Made by a program: the position numbers and the translations under genes | Origin: Bacteroidota bacterium | Lineage (GTDB): Bacteria; Bacteroidota; Bacteroidia; AKYH767-A; OLB10 | Assembly: GCA_041159805.1 (NCBI GenBank) | Contig: JBEAXM010000073.1 | Span: 1-28,094 of the forward strand | DNA: 28,094 bases | Direction: 5' to 3' | Shown: positions 25,295-28,094 of the stretch, piece after piece | Position numbering within the stretch: position 1 is the first letter of the stretch | How the letters are laid out: the number at the start of each line of letters is the position of its first letter | Notes under the pieces: generated by a model | Databases searched by the model: none | Told to the model about the DNA's origin: nothing | The model's input: only the letters and a program-made list of their open reading frames with translations

Positions 25295-27550
25295 ATGTTT
25301 TCCAAAATAGGCGCGTGTGGGCATGAACCCTTTTCAAAAGTTCCTGTAAACTTTCGCTCGGTTATTGCCTGGTTGTTGGTTTTGTTTTCACTTCATCTGT
25401 CGTTTTCAAATCGGGCCATGGCTCAATGTGCCAATGTGATTTCATCATTTCCTTACAGCGAAGGATTCGAAGGAGGTCCTGCATGGACATCAGGTGCGGT
25501 ATCCGGTGTAGATAACTGGGCATGGGGTGCTCCATCACACCCCTTCATCAACTCAGCGGGAGGCGGAGTAAATGCCTGGTGTTTGGGAGGACTTACCGGA
25601 TCGGGATACTTATCATCTGCTCAATGCTATCTGTTAAGTCCTTGTTTCGACTTTTCGTCGTTGGACTTTCCATGGATCAGCTTCAAGATATTCTGGGAAT
25701 GCGAAAGGCAATGGGATGGCATGGTGCTACAATATACATTGAACGGAACCACATGGACCAATGTTGGTTCTGTTAACGATCCGGTTGATTGTTTGAATCA
25801 GAACTGGTACAACTACGGAAATATAACTTGGCTGAATACCATTTCTGTGAGGCATGGATGGTCGGGGAGGGTAGGAGCCACCTCGGGTTCATGCGCTGGC
25901 GGGTTCGGTAGTAACGGATGGGTTACGGCCACCCACTGCCTTTCGAATTTGGCTCGCCAACCATCCGTTCGTTTTCGTTTTCTGTTTGGTTCAGGAACAT
26001 CGTGTAATGCTTTTGACGGTATGGCAGTGGATGATATATTCATAGGCGATGCACCTCGGATGAGCGCTAATTTCTCTTATGCTTGTTCCACACAAAATAC
26101 CGTTTCATTCACCGATCTCACCGGAGTGTGCGCTACTGATTATCTGTGGGATTTTGGCGAACCTGCATCCGGATCTTCAAACACCTCCGTGCTTCAAAAC
26201 CCAACGCATACTTATGCTGCTCCCGGTACCTATAATGTGACTTTGATTGCCAGCAACTCATGCTCCGAGCCCGTTTCCGTTACCATTCCTGTAACCATAG
26301 AAAGTGTTTTTCTTAATACAGTGCAAGTAAGTTGTAATGATGCTGACGATGGCTCTGTTGATGTGGTTACAAATGGAGCTGGGCCTTATGTTTACTCATG
26401 GTCACCCTCCATTGGTACGGGTGCATCTATCAACAATCTCCCGCCGGGGACTTACAATGTAACGGTCACACCATTCAGTGGATGTCCGGTAAGCGCATCC
26501 GCAACCATCACAGAGCCTCCGACACTCAATTTGAGTGCGTCCTCAAGTCCTGTGGTGGTATGCAACGGCGGACAATTAACATTAAGTGCTGTTGCGGCTG
26601 GTGGAACACCTGGCTATTCGTATGAATGGAATCCGGGTGGATTACAGGGAGCCAGTCAGACGTTTATCCCATTATCGGCGACTTCTTATGTAGTTGAAGT
26701 CACTGATCAAAATGGATGCACGGCTATGGCTTCAACTTCTTTTTCTATCTCCCCTGAATTGTCAGTTGAAATCAATGCTGATGTTTTTGAGGGATGTGAG
26801 CCGCTTTGTGTCGACTTCCTAGATTTCACTGCAGTGCCCCCACCTACGGCAATAGCAAGTTGGCTTTGGGATTTTGGAGACGGCAGCTTTTCCCAAATTC
26901 AAAATCCTACGCATTGCTTCCAAGGTGGGGACTTTTCAGTTACGTTGACGGTTACCGATACCGATGGTTGTTCTTCAACAGTGGCTTCACCCTTACAGAT
27001 TGATGCATGGGCTGCTCCCGAATCCGATTTCACTTATAATCCGTCTAAACCAGATTATGAAAATCCTGATGTGCGGTTCTTGAATTTGTCTACGGGCTCA
27101 GATCAATGGTTGTGGAGTTTCGGCGATATGGCAAATACATTTTCAACAATCGAAAATCCAACATTCACCTATGCCGACACCGGCACATATGTGGTATCCT
27201 TGATTGCCACATCCAATCTTGGTTGTACGGATACATCGAGCCAGTCGCTAACCGTTTTGCCCATGCTGACCTTTTACGTCCCCAATTCCTTTTCTCCCAA
27301 TGGCGATGGGATCAATGATGTGTTTATGCCGATCACCATGGGTATTGAACTGGATGGTTATATGTTGAGCGTGTACAATCGTTGGGGGCAATTGGTTTTT
27401 TCAACAGACAATCCAAGAAGAGGATGGGACGGCGTGGATTTCAAAAATGGTAGCAATGAACCCATAGGAGGTTATTCATGGAACATTCAATTCAAGGATT
27501 ACGATTCCAACCTTGTTTCTCGTACAGGAACGCTGGTGTTGTTGAGGTGA
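25295..27550 (+). CDS. T9SS type B cargo (gliding-motility-associated C-terminal domain) with jelly-roll, PKD and SprB-like repeats
   Basis: PKD motifs YLWDFGE...NPTHTY, WLWDFGDG...NPTHCF, WLWSFGD...NPTFTY; SprB-like VSCNDADDGS...GTYNVTVT; type B CTD FYVPNSFSPNGDGINDVF...VYNRWGQLVF...GWDG. Exact start uncertain. Confidence 0.9.
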   Translation: MFSKIGACGHEPFSKVPVNFRSVIAWLLVLFSLHLSFSNRAMAQCANVISSFPYSEGFEGGPAWTSGAVSGVDNWAWGAPSHPFINSAGGGVNAWCLGGLTGSGYLSSAQCYLLSPCFDFSSLDFPWISFKIFWECERQWDGMVLQYTLNGTTWTNVGSVNDPVDCLNQNWYNYGNITWLNTISVRHGWSGRVGATSGSCAGGFGSNGWVTATHCLSNLARQPSVRFRFLFGSGTSCNAFDGMAVDDIFIGDAPRMSANFSYACSTQNTVSFTDLTGVCATDYLWDFGEPASGSSNTSVLQNPTHTYAAPGTYNVTLIASNSCSEPVSVTIPVTIESVFLNTVQVSCNDADDGSVDVVTNGAGPYVYSWSPSIGTGASINNLPPGTYNVTVTPFSGCPVSASATITEPPTLNLSASSSPVVVCNGGQLTLSAVAAGGTPGYSYEWNPGGLQGASQTFIPLSATSYVVEVTDQNGCTAMASTSFSISPELSVEINADVFEGCEPLCVDFLDFTAVPPPTAIASWLWDFGDGSFSQIQNPTHCFQGGDFSVTLTVTDTDGCSSTVASPLQIDAWAAPESDFTYNPSKPDYENPDVRFLNLSTGSDQWLWSFGDMANTFSTIENPTFTYADTGTYVVSLIATSNLGCTDTSSQSLTVLPMLTFYVPNSFSPNGDGINDVFMPITMGIELDGYMLSVYNRWGQLVFSTDNPRRGWDGVDFKNGSNEPIGGYSWNIQFKDYDSNLVSRTGTLVLLR

Positions 27551-27653
27551 TTATCCAATTTTATTAGCCCTTCGAACGCTTTGACGATCATATTAATACC
27601 ATTTGCTTTTATGAATCAATGAGTTCGCTTTAGTTTTTTAGTTAGGAAAAGAT

Positions 27654-27661
27654 TAAATTTG
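27654..27661 (+). promoter_or_regulatory. -7 promoter box for tRNA-Arg
   Basis: TAAATTTG, 12 bp upstream of the tRNA 5' end. Confidence 0.6.
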
Positions 27662-27673
27662 CAATTAACAAAA

Positions 27674-27750
27674 GGACCCGTAGTTCAACTGGATAGAATG
27701 ACAGATTCCGGTTCTGTTGGTTGGGGGTTCGAATCCCTTCGGGTCCGCCA
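27674..27750 (+). tRNA. tRNA-Arg(CCG) with encoded CCA
   Basis: Acceptor stem GGACCCG/CGGGTCC; D arm GTTC-AACTGGATA-GAAT; anticodon arm ACAGA-TT CCG GT-TCTGT; T arm GGGGG-TTCGAAT-CCCTT; discriminator G followed by CCA. Confidence 0.96.
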
Positions 27751-27957
27751 GTATGATAAAAAGCATCCCGACGCAAGTCGGGATTTTTCATTGTAGGATG
27801 CCGTTGAAAGCTTGCTTGCAAAAGGCATCCGAAATGAAAACATAGCGAAGCTGGGGACTTTTTATTGCAATACCGACCGAAGGGTTCAGCGAAGCTAATC
27901 CCTTCGGGTCCGCCAGTATGATAAAAAGCATCCCGACGAAAGTCGGGATTTTTCATT
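27732..27957 (+). repeat. 61-bp direct repeat (27732-27792 and 27897-27957; period 165 bp) containing the last 19 nt of tRNA-Arg and its terminator
   Basis: 60/61 identical; the only difference is GCAA versus GAAA in the terminator loop. Confidence 0.95.
27765..27792 (+). terminator. Intrinsic terminator of tRNA-Arg (copy 1)
   Basis: ATCCCGAC-GCAA-GTCGGGAT followed by TTTTCATT; an upstream A tract suggests it may act bidirectionally. Confidence 0.8.
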
Positions 27958-27960
27958 TTT
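27930..27960 (+). terminator. Intrinsic terminator (copy 2)
   Basis: ATCCCGAC-GAAA-GTCGGGAT followed by TTTTCATTTTT. Confidence 0.75.
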
Positions 27961-28032
27961 GAGAGCTCTGTTAAGTTAATCCTTTCGGATCCATTATCAT
28001 TATCGTAACACTCCTAAATCCAATATTGGTTG

Positions 28033-28040
28033 TAAATTTG
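28033..28040 (+). promoter_or_regulatory. Possible -7 promoter box for a gene starting at or beyond the window end
   Basis: TAAATTTG in AT-rich DNA; an ATG at 28091 is preceded by an SD-less leader. Confidence 0.35.
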
Positions 28041-28094
28041 GAGCTCATATAACATCTATTTGAAACTAACCGACACCCATATTCATCTTTATGC

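Noticed and set aside
27642-27956. 104-aa minus-strand ORF with the repeated peptide MKNPD.RRDAFYHTGGPEGI
   Set aside because: It is antisense to the tRNA, and the peptide repeat simply mirrors the 61-bp DNA duplication.
27732-27957. Direct repeat considered as a CRISPR array
   Set aside because: Only two copies, the 61-bp repeat is derived from the tRNA end and terminator, the spacer is 104 bp, and no cas genes are present.

Overview
Gene-dense chromosomal window from an aerobic Bacteroidota bacterium. Support for this: four T9SS cargo proteins, TAnnTTTG -7 promoter boxes, mostly SD-less starts and a heme A synthase. Housekeeping genes are pyrR-pyrB, a STAS anti-anti-sigma factor, rnz, miaA, a CCA-adding enzyme, a TsaC-like protein, GT4, dapD, ruvX/yqgF, lysC, ctaA/cox15, GT9 and tRNA-Arg(CCG). 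The most interesting block (9659-17463) is a candidate extracellular nucleic-acid utilisation locus. It has a secreted DNase-I-fold (EEP) nuclease transcribed divergently from a non-SusC TonB-dependent transporter, a lipoprotein with two DUF5689-type modules, and a T9SS-secreted double-HKD PLD-family enzyme whose N-terminus carries a third copy of that module. Other points: the TsaC homologue has apparently lost its ATP-binding motifs; a 165-bp tandem duplication covers the tRNA-Arg 3' end and its terminator; and a 20-bp perfect palindrome is flanked by 9-bp direct repeats after lysC. No transposase, integrase, phage gene or CRISPR array is visible. All family assignments come from motif recognition by eye, not database searches.
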